A stretch of DNA of 64,000 nucleotides from Octopus vulgaris (Eukaryota), in assembly GCA_951406725.2 (NCBI GenBank), contig OX597818.1, positions 94,860,001 to 94,924,000 of the forward strand, in the 5' to 3' direction. The notes beneath the pieces are model-generated. The model did no database searches. It saw nothing but the letters and a program-made list of their open reading frames with translations, and had not been told where the DNA came from. The position numbers and the translations under genes are program-made. Each line of letters opens with the position of its first letter. Within the stretch, counting starts at the first letter, position 1. Below are positions 53,766 to 64,000 of the stretch, one piece after another.

Positions 53766-55060
53766 CGAGGAGGTACCCAAAAGTAACTAGAAACATTCTC
53801 TGTTGGACAACCCCATTGTAGTTCAAGCTTCCATCACTTGATGCAACCCTCTAGCATCAGTCTGCCAACCAGCATTATCGGGTGGGGTTGTGCTGTGCTG
53901 CCAAGTGGAGTATCTTTGTTTCACAGTGCTTCTCCTTTGTTCATTGAGTTTTGCAATAGCTGAAACAAAGGAACAACATGTTTCCATGAAATTCTGTTTT
54001 CTGCCTGGGAAAACAACTACCAAAACAGTTGTTATGCTTCAAACAGCTTACAAAGACACTGCCATGAGCAAAACATAAGTTTACGAGTGCTTTTCTTGCT
54101 TTAGGAATGGTCCCTTGTTGCTTGAAGATCAACCTCGTTCAGGGCGACTGTCGACCTCCTGAATGAAAAGCATCATGAAAATTCATGAACTGATTTTGGA
54201 GGACTGACACTGAACAATTGACAAACTTCTTGATACAACTGGTATGTTCTGGATCTCCAGCCAACGAATTTTGAATGAGGAATTGCAAATGAAAAAAGTT
54301 GCAGTAAGATTTGTACCTCACTTGCTCACGGAAGATCAAAAGCATTCATGACTGTGTACCATGATCTGAAAGAACAGTTGGTAGTTGATCGGGACCTTTT
54401 TTCAAAGGTCATCACTGGCAACGAAAGTTGTTGCTGTGGCCATGACCCGGAAACAAAGCAGCAATCAAGTCAATGAAAGCATTCAGTATCACCATGCCCA
54501 CAAAAAGTGCATCAAGTGAAATCCAATGTCAAGATGATGCTGGTTTGTTTCATTGATGTGAAAGGAATTGTTCACACAGAATTTGTTTGACCTCCTGGTC
54601 AAACTGTTAACCAGACATTTTGTGAGGTATTTGTGAGATGTGGTGAGATGAAAACGCACCAACTTGTGACAAAGTGGAGAGTGATGGTTTCATCACAACA
54701 ATATGCCAGTGCACACCACCTTGAGTGTGAGGCAGTTTTCGACCAAAAATGGCATGACCCCACTTACTCACCCTCCCTATTCATCTAATCTTGCTCCCTG
54801 TGACATTTTTGTTCCTGAATAAAAAAGTACTGAAAGGAAAAGGTTTTGCAGATGTGGAAGAGGTGAAGAAAAACATGGCAGAGGCGTTAAAAGGCATCAC
54901 TTTGCAAGAGTTCCAGAACTGCTTCAAACAGTGGAAAACACATCTGGACCAATGTAGTGCTTCAAATGGAGAATACGTTGAAGGCAATAAAAGTGTAAAC
55001 ATGTACGGCTAAGTGAAAAATAATATTGCAAAATTCCAGTTTCTTTTGGGTACCCCCTTG
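53766..55060 (+). mobile_element. Full-length (1295 bp) decayed mariner transposon with a pseudogenised DD34D-type transposase
   Basis: TIRs CGAGGAGGTACCCAAAAGTAACTAGAA / TTCCAGTTTCTTTTGGGTACCCCCTTG (4 mismatches in 27), flanked by TA on both sides. Remnant motifs: EDQPRSGR, FVPHLLT (WVPHEL), ITGNESCCCGHDPETKQQS, HHNNMPVH, HPPYSSNLAPCD. Contains stops and frameshifts. Confidence 0.95.
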
Positions 55061-57489
55061 TACTTGTTAATTCAGGAGCAGGTAATGCAGTTGATCAAAC
55101 AGCTGAATCCTCATCATCAAACAATGAAGATTCACCACCATCTTCATCATCATCATCATTTTAATGTCTACTTTTCCATGCTTATGTGGGTCAGATGGAA
55201 TTCATTGAAGCTGATCTTTTATTGCTGGATGCCCTTCCTGTTGCCAACCCTCTCGTTTCCAAGTACGTTATGTTTCCCATGGCCAGACATGTTTTCATGA
55301 ATGACACTGCCTATATGACAGTGATGTGTGTGGAGAGGGGGGAGGAACAAAGACGTTAGGGAAAATGTACACAGTAACCTTGTTGAAGTCAGTAATCTAC
55401 AAAATCTCTGAGGTCACTCTCAACCTCTTTTCTTGTAAAATTGTATGTGTTTGTGTGCATGTGTGGTATGTTTCCCACAAAGTATTATTTAAATAAGCAC
55501 ACAGTTATTGAATTAAGTATCTAAAGAAGAGCCATTAGTGAATTATTGATACAGAATAAGCTGCATAATTAATGTAGAAGACATCTTATACTCAGTTGAT
55601 TTCAAAGAGAATTACAACTCGGTGCTAAGTGGATATATGCTCACTTTTTGATTGTTCAGTTTTATGTAAAGTTACAGTTATCATAGCATTAGAACCACAA
55701 TCATCAACACACACCACTTTTGCAGCCACTATTACTCGCTCTACAACCACCACTACCACTATACAACTATCACCAGAGCTCAGCAATCACCTCTATACAA
55801 TCACCACTACTCTCTACAACTGCCATTACCCGTTTCTGATCACTGCTACTCCTCTTCAACCATCATTATACTGTTACAACTGCCACCACTATACTTATAA
55901 AAGTGCCATCATTCCTATATCTACCCAACTATACTGTCACACTCCATCTTCTGTGTAACTATTATAACTACCACAATACTCCACTTCAGTAATCATTTGT
56001 CTAGCCTGCTGACTAGGCAATGTGTTGTGTCTAGACAACTGTACATATAGCACTTGTGGCTGTGTAGTAGCTTGATACCTGTACATTATATCACCTATAG
56101 CTCAGTACCAACTCACAACCCGTTCAAATATTCAACCAGCTTTTGTGATTTTTTAATATCTTGAATTACTGAGATGAATTTTGAAAAAGTTTTAGTTAAC
56201 ATTTTTAAAACTAAATTCCTCATCCAATTTTGATTTTTACATGCAGCTAGGTAGTTTGTGGTGTGGTTCTGTGTTCACCATACTTCCTGTAGAATTTGAT
56301 ACACAGAATACAATCTCTCTTGGCAGATGAGTTCCAGTTTGATTCAGTATTATGATAATACAATAACAAACACCACAGCACAAACTGAAGACATATTGGC
56401 AACAGCAAAGTCAGTTGTTAACAGGGCCATGTTAACCAGCTGAGTATTGTCTCATGTTTTTAATTAATGTATCACCCTAACTTTAATGACACAGTCTGCA
56501 GCCCCTCCCATATAGGCTGAGATAAATATTGATAGAAGAAGCAGCAAATAAAGTACATTGGGGGCAATACATTGTAGAATCTGTAGAAAATACATAAAAT
56601 ACCTGACAGTATTTAGGTAGGTCCTTAAAACATTTTGAGTTGAAACCTTTCTAGAATTGACTTTACCTTTCATCCTCTGGCCCCAATAAAGTAAGTACCA
56701 GTAATATACTAGGAGCAAATTCAATTCACTATTCTAATGTTTTCTATAAATGTTGCTGCTGTAAGGCAGCAGTATTAACCTACAATGAAAATGTTGCTGT
56801 GTATTGGAAGCTAATACTTTGAAATCCACCCCCATCTAGTATGGCTGTTGTTTCAGCCGTTACCATCTCCCATCACCAGTAAGCTATAGTTGTACTCAAG
56901 ATTTTCTTTTCCAGTTAGGGACCAGGGACACCTTTTCAACATTACATTTGAAATTTGTATGAAGTTTTTCTTTTCTTCGTTTATTTTTTTCTTTGATGGC
57001 TTCTTTGACATTATTTTATACAGACATGCATCACATACATAAACGCACACAACCACAGACTTGCAGTCCATTCATCTCTGATTTTAGTTAGCATGTCTAT
57101 ATGAGCACAACTAATATTCCCCCCACCTCACATTTCCATCCTCCACTACAATACATGTAGTTTCTAGAGATAAGGTTGAGATTGCCTGTTATTTTACCCC
57201 ACTTCAACTTTCCTCGTTGATCTGCGTCCCCACGATCTCTTGGTTTCCTGTCCTTCACCCAGTCTTCTTAGCTTGCTTTGCTCAATAGCTGTAGTTTCCT
57301 CCGTCCCCACTAGCCTTCTCCTTTATTCCCTGTTAAAATTGTAACCATGGTAACCAGATGCAGTATTTTGTAACCCACATTGCTACATTGCTAAAGTGTT
57401 GTTATATTGTTACTGGTGTTGTATTTGAAGTTTTCTTAAATGCGAAAATCTCTCTAGCCAAGCATTTCATGATGTAAGTATCGTGTCTC

Positions 57490-58110
57490 TAAATAATGAT
57501 TTCTAACATAAGGCTACATATTTGCAGAAACAAAAGTTGTTTGTATTACCAGGACAATGAAAAGCAAAGTCAACCTTGGTGCAATTATTGCAAGAGCACA
57601 AATAATAAGAAAAAGATTTGAAGTCAGAATCTAAATGATTGTATCTTAATAGTTAATAAGGCATTTATTTCATGCTCCACCAATACTGTCAACCATCATC
57701 TAATTGCTACAATAAAGATTTTTAACATAAGTACAAAGCCTCAAATTTGGGGTTGTAAACATCCAATTAAAGTAACCTCACTATATTACTAGGTCTTTAT
57801 TTGATTAACTGCAGACAGAGAAAATTAAGGTCAGCCCCAGTAGGATTTGAACTCGTAAAATAAATCAACATTGCTAAATACCTTAGGACATCTTATCCAA
57901 TGCTCTACCCATTCTGTTCTGTTGGCAGCAAGCCACACATTAATAGAGGAAGCAATTGAGAAAATTGACCCAGTACTTAATTAAGACTCCATTTTATAAA
58001 TCTCATAAGGAAGAAAGACAAGGCCAATTTTAGCAAGATATACTCAGTCCATAAAGGACATGAGTAAATACTGCTAGGCATTGTGTCCAATACTCTACTA
58101 ATTCTTGCTA
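57490..58110 (-). repeat. Older reverse-orientation family A SINE relics (about three copies)
   Basis: Recurring gaaaagcaaagtcaacc, ggatttgaactc and tccaatgctctacccattctg motifs, which are the reverse complement of the adjacent array units. Confidence 0.55.
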
Positions 58111-58536
58111 ATCCAAATGAGATTTGTGACCTGATGTTACTGGTATCACTTGAAATGAATATACATACATCTTTTTACTCTAGTTTGACTGGTATCTAGG
58201 CAAAACAAATTATCACCATCAGTATTAATCCAACAGAGGTCAACTTGATTTTCATCCATTTGGGATCGATAAAATATTCCAAATGACTGGCTTTGTCCCT
58301 ATATTAGAAATGATAATAATAATTGTTATTATTATTGTTCTCATTAATATTAAGGGTAGTGTATTTCAGAATATGCCATGCAAAATGCCTTGCTTTATTC
58401 ATGTACTTTTACATTTGTGTTCAATCTTGATCAAGATGATAAAAATAATATCAATCAAATGTTTAGGTTACTATAATTGTTACTATAATTACTATAACAG
58501 GTTACTAAAATATATACTCTTGTCCCTACATCAAAA

Positions 58537-58571
<35 letters not shown>

Positions 58572-58591
58572 CATCATCATTATTATTATTA

Positions 58592-59269
58592 AGGCAGCAA
58601 CTTGGCAGAGTTGTTAGCATGCTGAGCAAAATGCTTAGCAGCATTTCATCCATCCTTACATACTGAGTTCAAATTCCATCAAAGTCAACTTTACCTTTCA
58701 TCCTTTCAGGGTCAGTGATATAAGTACCAGTTGAACATTAGGGTCAATGTAATCAACTATTCCCCTCCCCCAAATTTCAGGCCTTGTGCCTATAGTAGAA
58801 GGGATTATTATTATAAAGGCAGCAAGCTGGCAGAATCATTAGCATGCTGGGCAAAATGTTTGGCGGTATTTCATCTGTCTTCATGTTCTGAGTTCAAATT
58901 CTGCCAAGGTCAGCTTTGCCTTTCATCCTTTCAAGATTGATGAAATAAGTACAGTTGAGCATTGGAGTCAATGTAGTTTAACTAGTCCCCTCCCCAAAAT
59001 TTCAGGCCTTGTGCCTAGAGTAGAAAATATTATTATTATTATTATTACAACTACTGCAGCAAGCTGGCAGAATTGTTAGTGCATTGGACAAAATACTTTG
59101 CAGCATTTTGTTCTGTTTTTTACAATCTGATTTCTGACTGGGGTCAACTTTGCTTTTCATTCTTTCAGGGTCAAATACTGGGGTCAGTGTAATTTACTAA
59201 CTCTCACCCTCTAAAGAATTGCTGGCCTTGTACCAAAATTTGAAACAATTATTTTTATTGCTGTTGTTA

Positions 59270-59306
<37 letters not shown>

Positions 59307-59810
59307 CATTATTATTGTTATTGTTATTATTATTATTATTGTTATTATTATTATTATGGCAAGCTGGCAGAATCATTAGCATGCCAGACAAAATGCTTAG
59401 TGGTATTTTGTTTGTCTTAATGTTCTGAGTCCAAATTCCGCCATGGTCAACTTCGCCTTTCATCCCTTCAGGGTTGATGAAATAAGTACCAGTTGAACAC
59501 TGGGGGTCAATGTAATCGATTAGCCCTCCTCCCAATATTTCAAGTCTTGTGCCTGTAGTATTAATTATTCTTATTATTATTGAAGGTGATGGGTTGGCTG
59601 AAATTTTAGTGTAAGACTAAATACCTTGGGGTATTTGTTTCAGGCCTTTCTTCTAAGTTCAAATCCCATCAATGTCAACTTTGTCTTTCATCTTTTCAGA
59701 GTCGATAAAATAAAGCACCAGTCAAGTACGGAGCCTATACAATAACAAACCATCTCCCTTCAAAATTACTAGCTTTGTGTCTAAATTAGAAACAATTATT
59801 ATTATTATTG
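58592..59810 (+). repeat. Head-to-tail array of five family A SINE copies separated by (TAT)n
   Basis: Units start near 58592, 58817, 59056, 59358 and 59583. Each has ggcagaa...gagttcaaat...caactttgcctttcatcctttcagggtc...ggccttgtgcc-like sequence and a TAT repeat. Confidence 0.85.
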
Positions 59811-60016
59811 TCTTTTATTTTTTAGCCCAGAGATGGAAAATTTATGAAAGCTGATTTGGAAGTCTGTGATTTTCTTGACTTATTAATTTTGTGTGTTTAT
59901 GGCACTTTAGTTGTGTTCTACTCTGGAGTTACATATCTCACTCTCCCTAGTTGTCTGACTGTCTTGTCTCCCTTGTTTCCATCATTATCATTATGTTGTT
60001 GTTGTTCTCCTTGCAG

Positions 60017-60131
60017 TGCTATCAAAGAACAGTAAGACATTGAACACCACAATCTTGAACCCTCATGTACACCTTCTTGGTGACGATGCAGCATGCATTG
60101 CCTATGTTCGACTCACACAGTATATTGACAG
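60017..60131 (+). CDS. CaMKII: CaMKII hub exon C, 115 nt, phase 1 to 2: (V)[37 protein letters not shown](R)
   Basis: Acceptor ttctccttgcag| and donor |gtaaag. [26 protein letters not shown] is the conserved CaMKII hub motif. Phases are compatible with both neighbouring exons. Confidence 0.98.
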
Positions 60132-60479
60132 GTAAAGACAACTTTCTAAATCTCAGCACTATATTCACTACCACTATCATCATAATATCACTATCAACAT
60201 AACACCATCATTATAATAACTGTCGTCCTCATTGTTTTCGACATTATTACTCTTTTAAAATCTGTTTCTCTGTACATGATTTGTCACTTGTTGCTTGTTG
60301 TTTAGGCCCTGGTTGAGGGTTATAATTGTAAGTATCGCATAGATATGCAACACAGCTTCTTTATACTTCAGTCTTATATGATCTAGAAAAGTTTCCCATT
60401 AATGGACTTCGTCCATCTCTCATCTCTTAAATCAGTAGTTCCCTATCTGAATGCATCATTGCAGAATGCATTGACTTAC

Positions 60480-61410
60480 TGCTCCACTCTCAGTCAACTC
60501 TGGTGTACCCCTAGGTTTAATCTTTGTCCCCCACTTTCTTTTATGTGTTACCATACCTAACAATACCCATTCTTATGCAAATAATCCAACCTTTCATTCC
60601 TACCCAGCCTTTCCCCACCAAGCATTATCCACACACAACCTAAACACTATGCACCAAACTTGTATTGATTCCAGAATGGATACCTTAAAAGGATACCTTA
60701 AATGCATCATTCTTTTAAATGCAAAACACTCAAGCCTTACTTATACCAAGAAAACACCACTGCATTGCACCACATCCCCTAAACATGAGTAGCACTCAGC
60801 TTGAGCCCTCACAATTGCTCTAAAGGCTGGGCCTCATTTTCACCAAGGATCTCTCCTGGTAAAAGCACACCTTTAGCAAAGCTAGGACCACATCCCTTCT
60901 CTTTAAGGCCAGAAAACATTTTAGCCCTTAACATATGCTGACAATCTGCAAGGTCTAAGGGAAGCTGCCAATGGAGTATTTCTCCCACATCTAGGAAGGT
61001 GCTGTTCCGTGCACACAAACGTGTCCTGGACTGATTCCAGAGAAGGACCACTCAACTGTTGGCATTAAATCGCTAACAGTCATGCTTCAGCCTCTAATTC
61101 ATAAGCATGCTGTCTCTTCTCTCTGTATTTTATATTGCCACTATAATGGTCTCTGTTCCTTGAAACTGGATGGATGACTGATGTATCTTTTCCATTCAGG
61201 CACCCTCAACCCACTCATCTCTCCACTTCTTGTTAACCTTGTTCATCCAGTTTTCCCATTTGATCCCACAATAACCACTATCTCCAGTCCTTCCCCCTCC
61301 CCCCCCAGAACATTGCTCCACTGGAATCTCTGCCCTGCACATATCCTTTCTACAGGTGTTTATCTGCAACATTTGACACAAAACATTAGCAACATCAAGC
61401 TCACCAATTT
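60480..61410 (+). mobile_element. Highly decayed LINE RT and C-terminal remnant (CR1/L2/Jockey group)
   Basis: NSGVPLG (GVPQG-like) at about 60495 and HSYANN (YADD-like) at about 60570 lie in a GC-richer block with many stops. Confidence 0.55.
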
Positions 61411-61862
61411 CAGAGGGTCTGCAAAGTTCATGAGCACTTCTTCTTTCAGACTAAGTAAAGGAAAAAAAAAACATCTAATCAGTGGTGTTTAGTTTCCTCA
61501 CATTTCACTTAACTACATTTAACCAAATCTTCCTCACTCTACCTCTTATGAAATCTTCTACCAATACCAGTTTATATTACAATATAGTAAACGTTTCCTG
61601 CTTACATTATGTCATCTCCCTAACACGATCTTATATATGTGTAATCACTGCTCACTAAATAGGCCCTTTTGAAAACCCTGGTCACCAGTTAATATTCACC
61701 ATTCTTAGCTCCTGTTACAAACTGTTATCAATATGTAAATTAGCTTACTCACTTTTATAGCACTATGTTGCTGTCAATTTTGAACAAAGAAACCTACAAT
61801 CAAAAGAACCTCAACCACAATCATTTTGTTTGTTTAGTGGTATTCAGGACTACATGATTGTA

Positions 61863-63076
61863 TGAGGGTCAGCTGAAAAGCTCATAGACTGATCAAGATA
61901 CTCTCATGAATTGTGATCAAATGAGGTTTAGTTTTCAACATAGTCTACATCAGTGTTGCAGTGTTTCAATCCCATTGGTGAAGTAGCTTTCAACCTGTTG
62001 GTCAAAAAGTCATCAACAGCAGATGTGATGCCATCATCACTGCGATAGTGGTTTCCTACCAAGTGTTTCTCCATGTTGGAGAACAGATGATAGCCAGATA
62101 GGGCCAAATCAGGAAAATGGGGATGGTGATCAAGCAGTTCAAAACCACAGTCATGCACAGCATCCTTTGAAACCAAGAACTTGTGTGCTGGAGTATTGTC
62201 CTGATGAAACAAGACCCCTTTTGTCACTTTTCCTAGGTGTTTGGTCTTGATAGCCTCTACTTACTACCTCAGCAAGTTGGCATAGTACTCTCCATTGATG
62301 GTGTGGCCCTTTTGAAGATAGTCAATAAATAATGCCTTTTGCATAAAAAAAAACAGGATATCACCTTCCCTGCAGATGAAATGATATTGGCCTTCTTTGG
62401 AGCAGCATTCATTATCTCTTTGTCTCTGGTTTAAAGTGATGAAGCCAACATCATCCTAGGTTAGAAAACATTCAAGAAAACCAGCTGGATCTGCCAGAAA
62501 CAATGTCAGGTTTTTCCAAGATATAATCAGCCTGGTGTGCTTATGGTCAGGTGTCAGAAGACATGGCACCTACCAAGCAGAAACCTTTGTCATGCCAAGT
62601 TCATTGTGCAGGATATTCTGAATTATCTCATGGGATATGCTAATAGCATTGGCTATTTGATTTGTAGTCAATCACCTGTCATCCATCACCGTGTGGTGAA
62701 CATGATCAATGTTTTCCTTGGTGGCAGCAGTCTTCAAGACTCTCTCTTCCCCTCCTAAATTCAGAAGCTCTCTTTTGCACTGTTGGTAAAGCTGGAGTGT
62801 TATCCCCTAATGTAGCAACTATGTCAGCATGAATGTTGTTGGGTGCTAAACCGTTTTTCTGCAGGTAACTTGATAACACAACAATGTCGAAATTTGCCCA
62901 TTTTCAAGAGAAGTTGCTACTAGTTACATTTGAAGTTTTCTTTTAACAATCAGATATGTGTTTACCTGGAAAGAAACAATGTAGTTGTTAATAATAAGTG
63001 TTGAAATTAATGCATGCAAGATTTCACAGCTCTAGCATCATTCTTTCATAGTCATGAACTTTTCAGTCCAGCTTCA
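61863..63076 (-). mobile_element. Decayed mariner transposon, Himar1/irritans-like, about 1.2 kb
   Basis: Degenerate TIRs TA|TGAGGGTCAGCTGAAAAGCTCATAGACT and AGTCATGAACTTTTCAGTCCAGCTTCA|TA. ORF 61928..62227 reads VLFHQDNTPAHK...GFELLDHHPHFPDLALSGYHLF (HQDNA and YSPDLAPSD motifs). Upstream remnants include ILHNELGMTKVSAW*VP. Confidence 0.92.
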
Positions 63077-63637
63077 TATAAGTATCATCACTTACTTTAC
63101 ACACTAAGGTGTGATTTGATGAGATTTGACTGATATTTCTAACAGGTCAAGTAACCACTTAGAGACTGCCTTGTTAATATATATATTTAGAGAGTTATAA
63201 GCTGTGATCTCAGAACATTGGGGTTAACCCTTTCTGTTGAAAAACACTACTTCTCTTTTGATTTATTTTGAAAATAACAAATTTAGTGAAATAACTGTAA
63301 TTATGAAGCTGGTGTTTAGAGCATAAATTAACTTGAAATTTTAATGAAAGGTTCTAATTTAGATTCCTTTTAAAACAGATAATTTGTATCAAAGGACTAA
63401 AGGTGGTCTCAGATTAAACAACAACAGAGAATGCTTAACAAGATAGGAACTTTGGTTACCCCTTATCTATGTCATTTTAGTCCTGAAGGTATTTAGTCTG
63501 TAACAAATCTATCCTATTTTTATACATTTTGATTAACTGCATATTTTAATATTATGAGTACCACAGTGAGGTATGTATTTCGGTTGTAAGTAATCCATGA
63601 GTAAAACTGTTCATTCCTGTTGTTATTGTAATTTCAG

Positions 63638-63758
63638 AGATGGTGTTCCAATCACTGTTCAGTCAGAGGAGACAAGAGTGTGGCAAAGGAAGGATGGCAA
63701 ATGGCAGAATGTACATTTTCATCGCTCAGGATCATTGCAAGCTGTCTCATCAAAATAG
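63638..63758 (+). CDS. CaMKII: CaMKII last coding exon: (R)[39 protein letters not shown]
   Basis: Acceptor gtaatttcag|, [23 protein letters not shown] motif, TAG at 63756-63758. Confidence 0.97.
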
Positions 63759-64000
63759 AAGTGTAAAAAATCTACTTAACTCTATCAACAAATCTAACTA
63801 CTACCACCACCACTACTACTACAACTACGACAACCACCAACAACCACCATGACCACTACAAACAACAGGATAACGATGATGATGATGATGATGATGATGA
63901 AGATATCGACTTCTTTCATTACGATAAATACCACAATAAGCAGATGTAAAAAAAAAAGTTGCTACTAACCACTTACATAGACTTTTTCTCCTATTGTCTT
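63759..64000 (+). other. CaMKII: Start of the CaMKII 3' UTR, with mixed trinucleotide repeats (CTA/CCA/CAA, GAT)
   Basis: Directly follows the stop codon with no obvious donor or AATAAA seen before the window end. Repeats lie at about 63797-63900. Confidence 0.7.

Noticed and set aside
58592-59810. Regularly spaced repeats superficially like a CRISPR array or tRNA cluster
   Set aside because: The units are ~220-nt diverged SINEs with microsatellite spacers in a eukaryotic intron. No cas genes or full cloverleaf were seen.
63640-63852. 70-aa ORF overlapping the last exon
   Set aside because: It is the wrong frame of the real CaMKII exon running into UTR trinucleotide repeats.

Overview
AT-rich, microsatellite- and transposon-dense eukaryotic DNA. 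The repeat landscape suggests an octopus or other coleoid cephalopod (inference, not verified). The window lies almost entirely inside the 3' half of a plus-strand CaMKII gene. Four GT-AG exons (34362-34437, 36229-36323, 60017-60131, 63638-63758) splice in frame to give the complete association (hub) domain and the stop codon, followed by the start of the 3' UTR. Upstream I find phase-1 symmetric candidate linker cassette exons (best 21733-21834; weaker 11085-11126 and 18828-18857). The introns hold two decayed full-length mariner elements, a non-autonomous Helitron, R4/Dong-like, RTE and CR1-group LINE remnants, many tRNA-derived SINEs including a tandem array, and several palindromic elements carrying type I hammerhead ribozyme motifs. 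One hammerhead (44423-44508, minus strand) has a fully intact catalytic core. Nearly all ORFs in the supplied track are spurious microsatellite or AT-rich read-throughs.
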